A stretch of DNA of 32,000 nucleotides from Candidatus Saccharimonadota bacterium (GTDB taxonomy: Bacteria > Pseudomonadota > Gammaproteobacteria > Enterobacterales > Enterobacteriaceae): contig CP024013.1 of the NCBI GenBank assembly GCA_002688505.1, positions 233,548 through 265,547 of the forward strand, read 5' to 3'. Within the stretch, counting starts at the first letter, position 1; every line of letters starts with the position of its first letter. The position numbers and the translations under genes are program-made. Positions 1 to 10,887 of the stretch are shown in pieces. Below the pieces are notes generated by a model. That model was not told the origin of the DNA and ran no database searches. It saw nothing but the letters and a program-made list of their open reading frames with translations.

Positions 1-256
1 CTCCGTGACATTGAAGTTCTAATACATCTTCACCTGTAAAAGATTTAGGAGATTTATAATATATAGCTATACCATAATCCATTAATTTTTTTTTTTTATT
101 TAAGAATTTACAAAATTTTGCATATCTAATTTTAGGTATTTTACCAATTATAATTTTAGCAATTTTATTTGATTTTCTACCTGATATTCTTATTATACCT
201 ATACCTCCATTACCAACAGGAGTTGTTTGTGATATTATAGTTTTTAAAAATTTCAT
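1..256 (-). CDS. mnmE: tRNA modification GTPase MnmE/TrmE, N-terminal about 85 codons (gene runs off the left edge)
   Basis: Reverse translation from ATG (comp 254-256) gives MKFLKTIISQTTPVGNGGIGIIRISG...KSFTGEDVLELQCHG. This matches the E. coli MnmE N-terminus ([20 protein letters not shown]...NSFTGEDVLELQGHGG). The position downstream of yidC is the conserved one. Confidence 0.9.
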   Translation of the reverse strand, partial: MKFLKTIISQTTPVGNGGIGIIRISGRKSNKIAKIIIGKIPKIRYAKFCKFLNKKKKLMDYGIAIYYKSPKSFTGEDVLELQCHG

Positions 257-291
257 AAAATTATTATATTTTATATTAAATATTTATTATT

Positions 292-1077
292 TTATAATAT
301 TATATTTAAAATATTATTTGTTATATTATAAATCAATATACTACAAGGTATTTTAAATAATATATATATAAAAATCATAGATATTACTATTTTTAGTATA
401 TAGTAATTATTTTTATAATTTATTAAAATTTTTTTATAATATAAATATATTGATATTCCTAATAATATTTGTAAAATATAATATTTATCATAATTAGATA
501 GATTATTAATTCATAAAAATATTAAGTTATTATTATATTTAATATTATTTAATATTTTATATATTAATATAAATGTAAATATATTAATTAAGTTATATAA
601 TATATTATATATAAAGTATATTTTATTTTTTAAATATATTTTTTTTATATTTATAATATTTTTGTTATTAGTATTTAATTTTTTTTTGTTTATAGAATAT
701 ATATTTTTTATTTTATTTATTAAATATAAAAATAATTTTATAATAATTGATATAACTACAATAGTTATTATTCAATCTTTGTAAATATAATTAATATAAT
801 ATATTATATTAATTATTATATTTATAAGAAAAAAATTTTTTTTAGTAAAAAATATATTATTATTTTTTATTATTTTATTTAATTTATTTATAATATCTAG
901 TTTTGTTTTTTTTTTTATATAAATTATTTTTTTATTATTTATATTTTTATTTATTATTTTATTATTAATAATAATATTTTTATTTTTTAAATTTAAATAT
1001 GTATTATTAAAATATTTTATTATAAATATAAAAAGAAAAGTTATTAATAGTGAGTAAAGAAATTTTTTATAATACAT
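292..1077 (-). CDS. yidC: Membrane protein insertase YidC, minimal form of 261 aa (two in-frame TGA=Trp)
   Basis: Track ORF 772..1077 ends at TGA (comp 772-774). I read on codon by codon, and the frame stays open to TAA at comp 292-294. The extension reads WIITIVVISIIIKLF...LWINNLSNYDKYYILQILLGISIY...KIPCSILIYNITNNILNIIL. It aligns with the E. coli YidC core (NWGFSIIIITFIVRG...[24 protein letters not shown]...[20 protein letters not shown]). Both TGAs fall on E. coli Trp. Confidence 0.85.
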
Positions 1078-1086
1078 TTATTTGTT

Positions 1087-1443
1087 TTAATTTAAAATTT
1101 TTATTTTTCATATTTTATTTATATATTTATTAAATATTTTTTTATTTATTTTAGTAATACTATTATTTATTTGAAATATAAAATCTATTTTTTTAATTTT
1201 AAATTGATTTATTCTAAAATTTTCATATATTTTTCTTTTAATTTTATTTCTTAATGTTGATAATTTTATTTGTTTTTTTTTAATTATTATTTTAATTCTT
1301 GGATATTTTAAGTTATTTAATTCATAATATATTATAAAAGGTTTAAATATTTTTATATTTTTTAATTTATTTTTGTTTTTAATTTTCATTTTTTTTTTGA
1401 AAAATAATCTTTTTAAGATGATAATTTTTTTCTTTTTTTTCAT
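1087..1443 (-). CDS. rnpA: RNase P protein component RnpA (118 aa with one TGA=Trp near the C-terminus)
   Basis: [34 protein letters not shown]...IDFIF aligns with E. coli [34 protein letters not shown]...MDFVVV. The TGA at comp 1108-1110 gives NKIWKIKILN*, compared with E. coli EKLWRRH. The true start could be the later Met (MKIKNK). Confidence 0.85.
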
Positions 1444-1547
1444 CTTCTATTTGATAATATTTTTCTTCCACTTTTTTTAGACATTCTTTTTAAGAATCCA
1501 TATTTTCTTTTTCTTTTTATTTTTGATGGTTGGTATGTTCTTTTCAT
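1413..1547 (-). CDS. rpmH: 50S ribosomal protein L34 (44 aa, one in-frame TGA)
   Basis: Not in the ORF track. Reverse translation from ATG at comp 1545-1547 gives [47 protein letters not shown]. coli L34 is [46 protein letters not shown]. The gene overlaps the 5' end of rnpA. Confidence 0.9.
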
Positions 1548-1622
1548 TTTTTTTAAATTTTATTTAATATTTATAATTTAAATTATTATATTATTAATAA
1601 TATATAATATTATAAATTATTT

Positions 1623-3065
1623 ATGTGTAAATATGGGGTTATTTTGTTAAAAAATTTATGAAATAAATGTTTATTAGAGTTAAAAAAATATATATCTATT
1701 TATGAATTTAATATTTGGATATTACCCTTACAGGTATTAATTTATAATAATATTATAAATTTATATTCTCCTAATAAATTTGTTATTAAACATATTAAAA
1801 AAAATTATTTAATTTATATAAATAATTTTTTTTTAAAATATTGAAAATATAAAAGAATAAAACCTATTTTAAATTTTTTAATTGGAAGTATAAATAATAG
1901 TAATAAAAATAATTTATTTAAAAATAATTTTATTTATTTAAATAGTAAAAAAAATAAATATAATTCATATGATTTTAAAGAATTTAATAATTTTAATTTA
2001 TTAAAGAAGTATAGTTTTGATAATTTTATATATAATAAATCTAATATTTATGCATATAAAAAATCCATAAAAATATGTAATTTAAATAGTAATTTTAAGT
2101 ATTTATTTATTTATTCAAAAGTTGGTTTAGGTAAAACTCATTTATTAAATTCTATAGGTAATAGGATTAATTATTTATATAATGGTAAAAAAAGTATTTT
2201 TTATATAAATATGAAAGTCTTTTTAAGTAAAATTGAATATTTTTTATATAAAAATTTAATTGAAAATTTTATATTTTATTTAAAATCTTTTTCTATTTTT
2301 TTAATTGATGATATACAATTTTTATATAATAAAAAATTAATTCAAAATAAATTTTTAAATATATTTAATATGTTATTTAAATATAATAAATTTATAATTT
2401 TAACATCTAATTGTAATGTAAATAAATTAAAAGGTATAAATAATGAAATAATTTCTAAATTGTATTATAATTTTGTATTTATAAAAATTAATAATTGTGA
2501 TATAAATTTAAGGTATAAATTTTTAATTAGTAAGTGTAAATATATTAATTTTTGTTTAGATAAAAAAATATTATATTTTATATCTGAATATTTAAATTCA
2601 AATTTTTATGAATTAGAAAATATATTATATTTAATATATGTAAATGCTATTAATTTAAATTATATTAATAAAATAAATATTAATTTTATTAAATATATAT
2701 TATATAAATTTATTTTAAATAATAGTAATTATAATTTAAATGTTAAAATATATGATATACAAAAAGTAGTTTGTAATTATTATAATATAACTATTGATAA
2801 TTTATTGTCTAAATATCGTTATAAATCTTTTGTATGACCAAGACAAATATCAATAGCTATAAGTAAAAAATTAACTAATTATAGTTTAATAAAGTTAGGA
2901 TTATATTTTGGTGGTTTAAGTAATTCTTATATTTTATATTCTTATAATAAAATAAAAAAATTATATATGAATAATTCTAAAGTTAAATTAGAATTTAATA
3001 ATTTAATAAAACTTATTGTTTATTATAAAAATGAAATTTATTATAAAAAAAAAAAAATTAATTAA
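1623..3065 (+). CDS. dnaA: Chromosomal replication initiator DnaA (480 aa, three in-frame TGA)
   Basis: The N-terminus LWNKCLLELKKYISIYEFNIWILPLQ matches E. coli [26 protein letters not shown]. A Walker A-like motif is present (YSKVGLGKTHLLNSIGN). The C-terminus WPRQISIAISKKLTNYSLIKLGLYFGG...EFNNLIKLI matches [27 protein letters not shown]...DFSNLIRTL. TGAs are at 1659-1661, 1842-1844 and 2835-2837. The start at ATG 1623 is the best guess. Confidence 0.9.
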
Positions 3066-4176
3066 ATTTTTATCTAAATTTAATAGTTGTGTATCAATAA
3101 ATCCTAAAAATCCTATTTTATCTAATATTTTATTATCATTAAATAAAAATTTTCTTTTTTTAATGGTTACTAATTTAGATATTGAAATAGGATATAGTTT
3201 ATTTTTACCTAGTGAAAATATTTTAGATGTAGGTGATATTACAGTTAATATTAGAAAATTATATGATATATGTAAAACATTTCCTGAGAATAGTAATTTA
3301 TTATTTAAGTCATATAATAATAAAATTAAAATTTTTTGTTTAAATAGTGTTTTATCATTATCTATTTTACCTTCTTATGATTTTCCTATAATTAATAAAA
3401 ATCAATTTAATTTTAAATATAAATTTATTATATATTCTTATTTATTTAAAGATATAATAAGTTCAATTTATTTTTCTATAGGTAATAATGATATTCATTG
3501 TTATTTAAATGGAATGTTAATAGAATATATTGATAATATTTTTTATTTTGTTACAACTGATAGTTATCGTTTATCTATTTATAAAATTTATGATAATAAT
3601 GATTTAATAGTAAAATATACTAAAAGTAAATTTAATTTTATTTTACCAAGAAAATTGGTTATAGAATTATATAAATTATTAGATTTAATTAAAGATAATA
3701 AAAAGATTATTTTTGAAATTGATAATAATATTGTCAAAATTAATTTTGATAATTTTATTATATATTCTAGTTTAATTGATGGTGATTTTCCAGATTATAA
3801 AAATGTTTTGGATTTAACTTATAATTGTTATAATTATATAGATTTAAATATAAAAGATTTTAAAAATTCTTTATTAAGATCTTCTATAATTAGTAGTTAT
3901 TCATTTAATTATGTAACTTTAACTTTTAAAAAAGATTTATTAAAAATTTATTCTAATAATACATTTTCTGATGAGATTAAAGATATAATATATATTAATA
4001 ATAATAATGATTTTTTTAAAATTAATTTAAATGTTAAATTTATATTAGATATATTAAATGTTATTAAAGATTCATCAAAAATTAGATTTTATTTTAAAAA
4101 TAGTAATTCAATAATTAAAATTGATGATATTAAAAATAAATATATAATATATATGATAATGCCTATTAAATTATAA
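3031..4176 (+). CDS. dnaN: DNA polymerase III beta sliding clamp DnaN
   Basis: MKFIIKKKKLIKFLSKFNSCVS...PILSNILLSL...LFLMVTNLDIEI aligns with E. coli MKFTVEREHLLKPLQQVSG...PILGNLLLQV...LSLTGTDLEMEM. I prefer ATG at 3031 to the track's TTG at 3016. The gene overlaps the dnaA 3' end by 35 nt. Confidence 0.88.
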   Translation: MKFIIKKKKLIKFLSKFNSCVSINPKNPILSNILLSLNKNFLFLMVTNLDIEIGYSLFLPSENILDVGDITVNIRKLYDICKTFPENSNLLFKSYNNKIKIFCLNSVLSLSILPSYDFPIINKNQFNFKYKFIIYSYLFKDIISSIYFSIGNNDIHCYLNGMLIEYIDNIFYFVTTDSYRLSIYKIYDNNDLIVKYTKSKFNFILPRKLVIELYKLLDLIKDNKKIIFEIDNNIVKINFDNFIIYSSLIDGDFPDYKNVLDLTYNCYNYIDLNIKDFKNSLLRSSIISSYSFNYVTLTFKKDLLKIYSNNTFSDEIKDIIYINNNNDFFKINLNVKFILDILNVIKDSSKIRFYFKNSNSIIKIDDIKNKYIIYMIMPIKL

Positions 4177-4209
4177 TTAATTTTATTAAATTTTATTGTA
4201 GAGATAAAT

Positions 4210-6615
4210 ATGTTATTTAATAATTCTTATAATTCTTCTAATATTAAAGTTTTAAAAGGTTTAGATGCAGTTAGAAAACGTCCTGGTATGTATATTGGTG
4301 ATACAGATGATGGTACTGGATTGCATCATATGGTTTTTGAAGTTATAGATAATTCTATAGATGAATCTTTATCTGGTTTTTGTAAAAATATTTTTGTTAA
4401 AATATATAAAGATAATTCTATTTCTGTTTTAGATGATGGCAGAGGTATACCAGTAGATATACATAAAGATGAAAATATTTCTGCAGCTGAATTAATAATG
4501 ACAGTATTACATGCTGGTGGGAAATTTGATAATAATTCTTATAAAATTTCTGGTGGTTTACATGGTGTTGGTGTTTCTGTAGTTAATGCTCTTTCAGAGA
4601 AATTAATATTAAAGGTTTATAGAAATAAAAAAATTTTTTATCAAGAATATAATTATGGGGTTCCTTTATCAAAATTATATATAATAGGTAATACAATTTA
4701 TAATGGAACTTATATAAGATTTTGGCCTGATAAAAGTATTTTTAAAAATTGTATAAAATTTAAATATTCTATTTTATTTAAAAGATTAAATGAATTATCA
4801 TTTTTAAATAATGGTTTGAATATAAGTTTAGTAGATAAAAGAAATAATAAATCTTTTTTGTTTAATAATAAAGGAGGTTTAAAATCATTTTTAAATTATA
4901 TAATAGATAATAAAGTTGTTATAAATAATAAAAAATTTTATTTTTATTATATTAAAGATAATATGTCATTGGAAGTATCTAGTTGTTGATTAGATAATTC
5001 AAATTGTTCTATTTTATGTTTTACTAATAATATTCCTCAAATAGATGGAGGAACTCATTTAATAGGTTTTAAATCTGCTATAACTCGTACTATAAATTTT
5101 TACATTAATAATGAATTTTTAAAAAAAAAAAATAAATTAAATGTTATAGGAAGAGATACTCAAGAAGGCTTATATGCTATAATTTCTATTAAATTTTTTA
5201 ATCCTAAGTTTTCTTCTCAAACAAAAGATAAATTAATTTCTTCTGAAATTAAAAGTTTTGTTGAATCTTTGGTTATAAAAAATTTGTATGATTTTTTATT
5301 AGAAAATCCTAATGATGCTAAATTAATAATTAATAAAATAATTAATTCTTATAAGATTAGAGAATCTATTAAAAAATTTAGAGAAATATCCAAAAAAAAA
5401 TCTAATTTAGATTTATTAAATATTTCTAATAAGTTAGCAGATTGTCAGGAAAAAAATCCTTTATATTCTGAAATTTTTTTAGTTGAAGGTGATTCTGCAG
5501 GAGGTTCAGCTAAACAAGGTAGAAATAGATTAAATCAAGCAGTATTGCCTTTAAAAGGTAAAATTTTAAATGTAGAAAAAACTAATTTAGATAAAATATT
5601 ATCTTCAAATGAAATAAATATTTTAATTTCTGTTTTAGGTTGTGGTATAGATAATAATGATTTTAATATAAATAAATTAAGATATAATAAAATTATTATT
5701 ATGACTGATGCTGATGTTGATGGAGCACATATTCGTACTTTATTATTAACATTTTTTTATAGATATATGAAACAATTAATAATTAATGGAAATTTATATA
5801 TTGCTAAACCTCCGTTATATAGAATACAAGATAAAAAAAATATATTATATGTTAATAATGAAAAAGATTTATTAAAAAATAAAATTTTATTTATTTTTAA
5901 TAATATTAACATTTACAAAAAAAAAAATTTTATTTTATTAAAATCTAAATATTTAATTAAATTAGTTTTAATTTATATTAAATTTTTTAAAAATTTTAAT
6001 AATTATAAATATAAATTTATAGATTTTTTATTGAATAAATTAATATTTTTTAAGCTTTTAAATATAAAAAATATAAATAAATATAATATTTGGTTAGATA
6101 GTTTTTTGTTTTATTTAAATGATAATAATTTAAATATAAAAGTAAATTGTGATTTAATATTAAAAGATGATGTTTTTATAGGTTTTGATTTTAAAATTTT
6201 TAGTGGTTTTTATAGTGAAAATATTATTTTAAAAAAAAAATTTTTTAATAAATATTATATTAAAATTATTAATTTATGTAAAAATTTATATTTTTTTAAA
6301 AGTTATAATAAATTTTATGTTTTATTAAATAATAAAAAATATTATTTTAATAATATATTAAATTTGATAAATTTCGTTTTAAAAATTAAGAGTAATAATA
6401 TATATATTCAACGTTATAAAGGTTTAGGTGAAATGAATCCAGATCAGTTATGAAATACTACTATGAATCCAAAAAATAGATTTTTAATAAAAATTAATTT
6501 ATCTAATTTAGAAACTTCTGATGTTTTATTTAAAATTTTAATGGGTGATAATGTAAAATTAAGAAAATCTTTTATTAAAAAATATTCTAATAAATTTAAT
6601 AATAAAAATATTTAA
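4210..6615 (+). CDS. gyrB: DNA gyrase subunit B (801 aa, two in-frame TGA=Trp)
   Basis: [44 protein letters not shown] is near-identical to E. coli GyrB. The TGA at 4987-4989 aligns with the W in QWNDGF...[14 protein letters not shown]. The TGA at 6451-6453 aligns with the W in GLGEMNPEQLWETTM. Track ORFs 4210..4989 and 5269..6453 share one frame. A low-complexity stretch (about 5830-6400) occupies the position of the enterobacterial GyrB insertion domain. Confidence 0.95.
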
Positions 6616-6621
6616 TTAAAT

Positions 6622-6694
6622 CTCCTCCGACTGGATTCGAACCAGTGACATACGGATTAACAGTCCGTTGTTCTACCAACTGAACTACAGAGGA
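6622..6694 (-). tRNA. tRNA-Asn (anticodon GTT), 73 nt, no encoded CCA
   Basis: Cloverleaf read by hand on the minus strand: acceptor TCCTCTG/CGGAGGA, anticodon stem ACGGA/TCCGT, loop CTGTTAA, T-arm ACTGG-TTCGAAT-CCAGT. Confidence 0.92.
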
Positions 6695-6778
6695 ATATAA
6701 AGTTATTATATATTTAATATATTTTTTTGTCAAAATTTTTAGTTAATTTTTTATATATTTATAGTATAATAATTTTAT

Positions 6779-6865
6779 AGTGGGATGTCTGAGTGGTTTA
6801 AAGAGCATGCTTGGAAAGCATGTATACTTTTATTAGTATCAAGGGTTCAAATCCCTTTCCCACTA
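6779..6865 (+). tRNA. tRNA-Ser (anticodon GGA), 87 nt, long variable arm, no encoded CCA
   Basis: Acceptor AGTGGGA/TCCCACT, anticodon stem CATGC/GCATG, loop TTGGAAA, variable arm containing ATAC...GTAT, T-arm AAGGG-TTCAAAT-CCCTT. Confidence 0.9.
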
Positions 6866-6905
6866 TTTAGTTTATATATTAAATAATTTTTTAAAAGGTA
6901 TTTAA

Positions 6906-7163
6906 ATGGTAATTATACGTTTATCTCGTTATGGTAGAAAAAAGAGACCTTTTTATCATATTACTGTTTCAGATAATAGAAAGTTTAGAAATTCTAAATT
7001 TTTAGAAAAAATAGGGTTTTATAATCCTTTATTATCATTTAATTCTAAATATAGTATTTTTATTAATTTGGATAAATTTAACTTATGAATTAAACGTGGT
7101 GCTAAAGTTACTTGTAGAATTAAATATTTATTTAAAAAATATAAAAATTTATTAAAATTATAA
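6906..7163 (+). CDS. rpsP: 30S ribosomal protein S16 (85 aa, one TGA=Trp)
   Basis: [41 protein letters not shown] matches E. coli [41 protein letters not shown]. The TGA at 7086-7088 aligns with the W of HWVGQGA (here LWIKRGA). Confidence 0.95.
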
Positions 7164-7190
7164 TTTTTTTAAATTTTAATTATATAAAAT

Positions 7191-7883
7191 ATGTATATAA
7201 ATTTAATTACTTTTAATCCTAATTTTTTTACATCTATTTTTAATAATGGTTTAATTTATAAAGCTATTAAAAATAATATTGTAATTTTTAATTTTTTTAA
7301 TCCAAGATTATTTTTAGATAAAAATGATAAAAATATAAATGATAAGATTTATGGAGGTGGTCCAGGTGTATTGATTAAACCTAAATTGTTATATTTATGT
7401 ATAAGTAAAGCTAAAAAAGTATCTAATAATTATTGTATAATATATTTGTCTCCTCAAGGTAGTATAATTAATAAAAACATTTTAATAAAGTTATTAAAAT
7501 ATAAATCAATAATTCTAATATGTGGTCGTTATAGTGGTATAGATGAAAGAATTATTAATAAATATGTTGATTTTGAAATATCTATTGGAGATTATGTTGT
7601 TAGTTGTGGTGAAATCTCATCAATAGTAATTATTGATATATTAATAAGAAATTTACCTGGAATTATAAATAATTTTTCTAATAATTATGATTCATTTAAT
7701 TTTAATAAAGGATTATTAGGTTGTTCTAATTATACGAAACCAAAAATTTTTAATGGAATGAAAGTACCTAAAGTATTATTATCTGGTAATCATAAAAAAA
7801 TTTATAAATGAAAAATAAAAAGTTCATTTAAGAATACTATTAAAAAAAAATTTTATTTATTAAAAAAAATATATGAAAAATAA
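7191..7883 (+). CDS. trmD: tRNA (guanine37-N1)-methyltransferase TrmD (230 aa, one TGA=Trp)
   Basis: YGGGPGVLIKP, IYLSPQG, LICGRYSGIDERI, SIGDYVVSCGE and VPKVLLSGNHKKIYKW all match E. coli TrmD motifs (YGGGPGMLM, IYLSPQG, LVCGRYEGIDERV, SIGDYVLSGGE, VPPVLLSGNHAEIRRW). The TGA at 7809-7811 falls on the E. coli W. Confidence 0.93.
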
Positions 7884-8214
7884 AATAATTAGTTATATAG
7901 AAAATAAACAAATGTTAAAAAAATTTTCTTTTTTTAATTCAGGATATTTTTTAGAAGTTAAAATTTGAGTAGTTGAGGGAAATAAAAAAAGAATACAATC
8001 ATTTGAAGGATTAGTAATTTCTAAAAAAAATAGAGGTTTAAATACTTCTTTTATATTAAGAAAAATATCTCATGGTATTGGTGTTGAAAGAGTTTTTCAG
8101 TTATATTCTCCAATAATATATGATATTATAATAAAAAAAATTAGAAGATTTAAAAAATCAAAGTTATATTATTTACGTTATAATAATAAAAAATTTTTGC
8201 GTAGTTTAAATTAA
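7873..8214 (+). CDS. rplS: 50S ribosomal protein L19 (113 aa, one TGA=Trp)
   Basis: Not in the ORF track because of the TGA at 7966-7968. Translation gives ...[58 protein letters not shown]. coli has [57 protein letters not shown]. The gene overlaps the trmD 3' end by 11 nt. Confidence 0.93.
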
Positions 8215-8215
8215 A

Positions 8216-8980
8216 ATGTTTTTAAATAAGAAATTATATAGATTATTAGTTTGTGTAGAATATAATGGTAGTAATTATCATGGTTTTCAAAGACAATTAA
8301 ATTATAAAAAAAGATTAACTATACAAGAAGTAATAGAAAAAGTTTTAACAAAAATTACTAGGGATAAAATTAAAATATTTTGTGCTAGTAGAACTGATTC
8401 AGGTGTACATAGTATAGGTCAAATTTTTCATTTTGATACTAATTTATATAAAAATGAAAAAGATTGATTAATTATTTCTAATTATAATTTACCTAAAGAT
8501 ATTTGTTTTAAATGAGTAAAATATATATCTTTTGATTTTCATGCTAGATATAATGTATTAGCTAGAAGATATATATATGTTTTGTTAAATTCATTTTTAG
8601 GTTCAAGTATATTATATAATTTAGTTTTAATTTTTCAAAAAAAATTAAATATTAATTTAATGTTAAAAGCTTCTAATATTTTATTAGGTATTAATGATTT
8701 TAGTTCTTTTAAATCTTCTGGTTGTCAATCTAATAATAATATAAAATATATATTTCATTTTAATATATTTAAAAAAGGTTTATATATTTATTTTGATATT
8801 AAAGCAAATTCTTTTTTATATCACATGGTTAGAAATATTATAAGTTGTCTTTTACTTGTAGGTATAAAAAAATATTCTATAAATTGATTTAATAATTTTT
8901 TTTTTTCTAAGAATAAAAATTATTGTAAATTTAATTTAATCAAACCTAATGGTTTATATTTATATAAAATTTATTACTAA
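8216..8980 (+). CDS. truA: tRNA pseudouridine38-40 synthase TruA (254 aa, three TGA=Trp)
   Basis: [62 protein letters not shown] and [16 protein letters not shown] match E. coli TruA ([78 protein letters not shown]). The TGAs at 8465, 8513 and 8885 align with E. coli W (AAW, VRW, ESW). Confidence 0.92.
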
Positions 8981-9009
8981 TGAAATTTTATTTATTTTAA
9001 AATATTATT

Positions 9010-9309
9010 ATGAATTTATTTTATTTTATTTTTATATTTTTATTATTTGATAAAAATTTTTTTTATAAAAATATATTATTATTAGTATTAACTTATTGAT
9101 TTTTAAATAAATTTTATTATATTTTTTTTTTATTTTTTTATAAAGATATTAGTAACTTAAATATAAATATAATATTTTATGATATTATTTTATATTTATT
9201 AATATATTGAATTTTTTATATATTTTACGATTTAGTTTGTTATTTAATTAAAATAATTTTAATTTTAATAATATTTATTTATTTTATAAAAATTTTATTA
9301 AAAACATAG
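9010..9309 (+). CDS. Hypothetical small hydrophobic (membrane) protein, 99 aa, two in-frame TGA
   Basis: ATG at 9010, TAG at 9307-9309. The product MNLFYFIFIFLLFDKNFFYKNILLLVLTYWFLNKFYYIFFLFFYKD...IILILIIFIYFIKILLKT has about 3 hydrophobic segments. I recognise no homologue. The support is that 99 codons without TAA or TAG is unlikely by chance in DNA this AT-rich. Confidence 0.35.
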
Positions 9310-9319
9310 AATTAAAATA

Positions 9320-9393
<74 letters not shown>

Positions 9394-9510
9394 ATATTAA
9401 TATTATATCATTTAGTTTTATAAAATCAAATTAATTTTAAAATTTTATGTAAAAAATAGTATAAATATAATATTATAATATAATATTATTAAATAATTAT
9501 TAGGATTTTT

Positions 9511-10830
<1,320 letters not shown>

Positions 10831-10836
10831 ATTATT

Positions 10837-10875
10837 ATTTCCTTTTTTATTTTAAATTTTAATAAAAAAGGAAAT
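10837..10875. terminator. Perfect 15-bp-stem hairpin between the convergent eno and tyrS genes (candidate bidirectional terminator)
   Basis: ATTTCCTTTTTTATT (10837-10851), a 9-nt loop TTAAATTTT, then AATAAAAAAGGAAAT (10861-10875), an exact reverse complement. It lies 6 nt after the eno stop and 12 nt after the tyrS stop. Confidence 0.55.
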
Positions 10876-10887
10876 ATAATTATATTT

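Noticed and set aside
1548-1622. The rpmH-dnaA intergenic region as a possible replication origin.
   Set aside because: It is only 75 bp and I saw no TTATCCACA-like DnaA boxes in it. In Enterobacterales oriC lies near mnmG/mioC, not next to dnaA.
5830-6400. A low-complexity Asn/Lys/Ile/Phe-rich block of about 190 aa inside gyrB that looks like an insertion or mobile intein-like element.
   Set aside because: It sits where E. coli-type GyrB carries its lineage-specific insertion of about 170 aa in the Toprim domain, and it is flanked by conserved PPLY and [11 protein letters not shown]. It is a compositionally degraded native domain, not an insertion.
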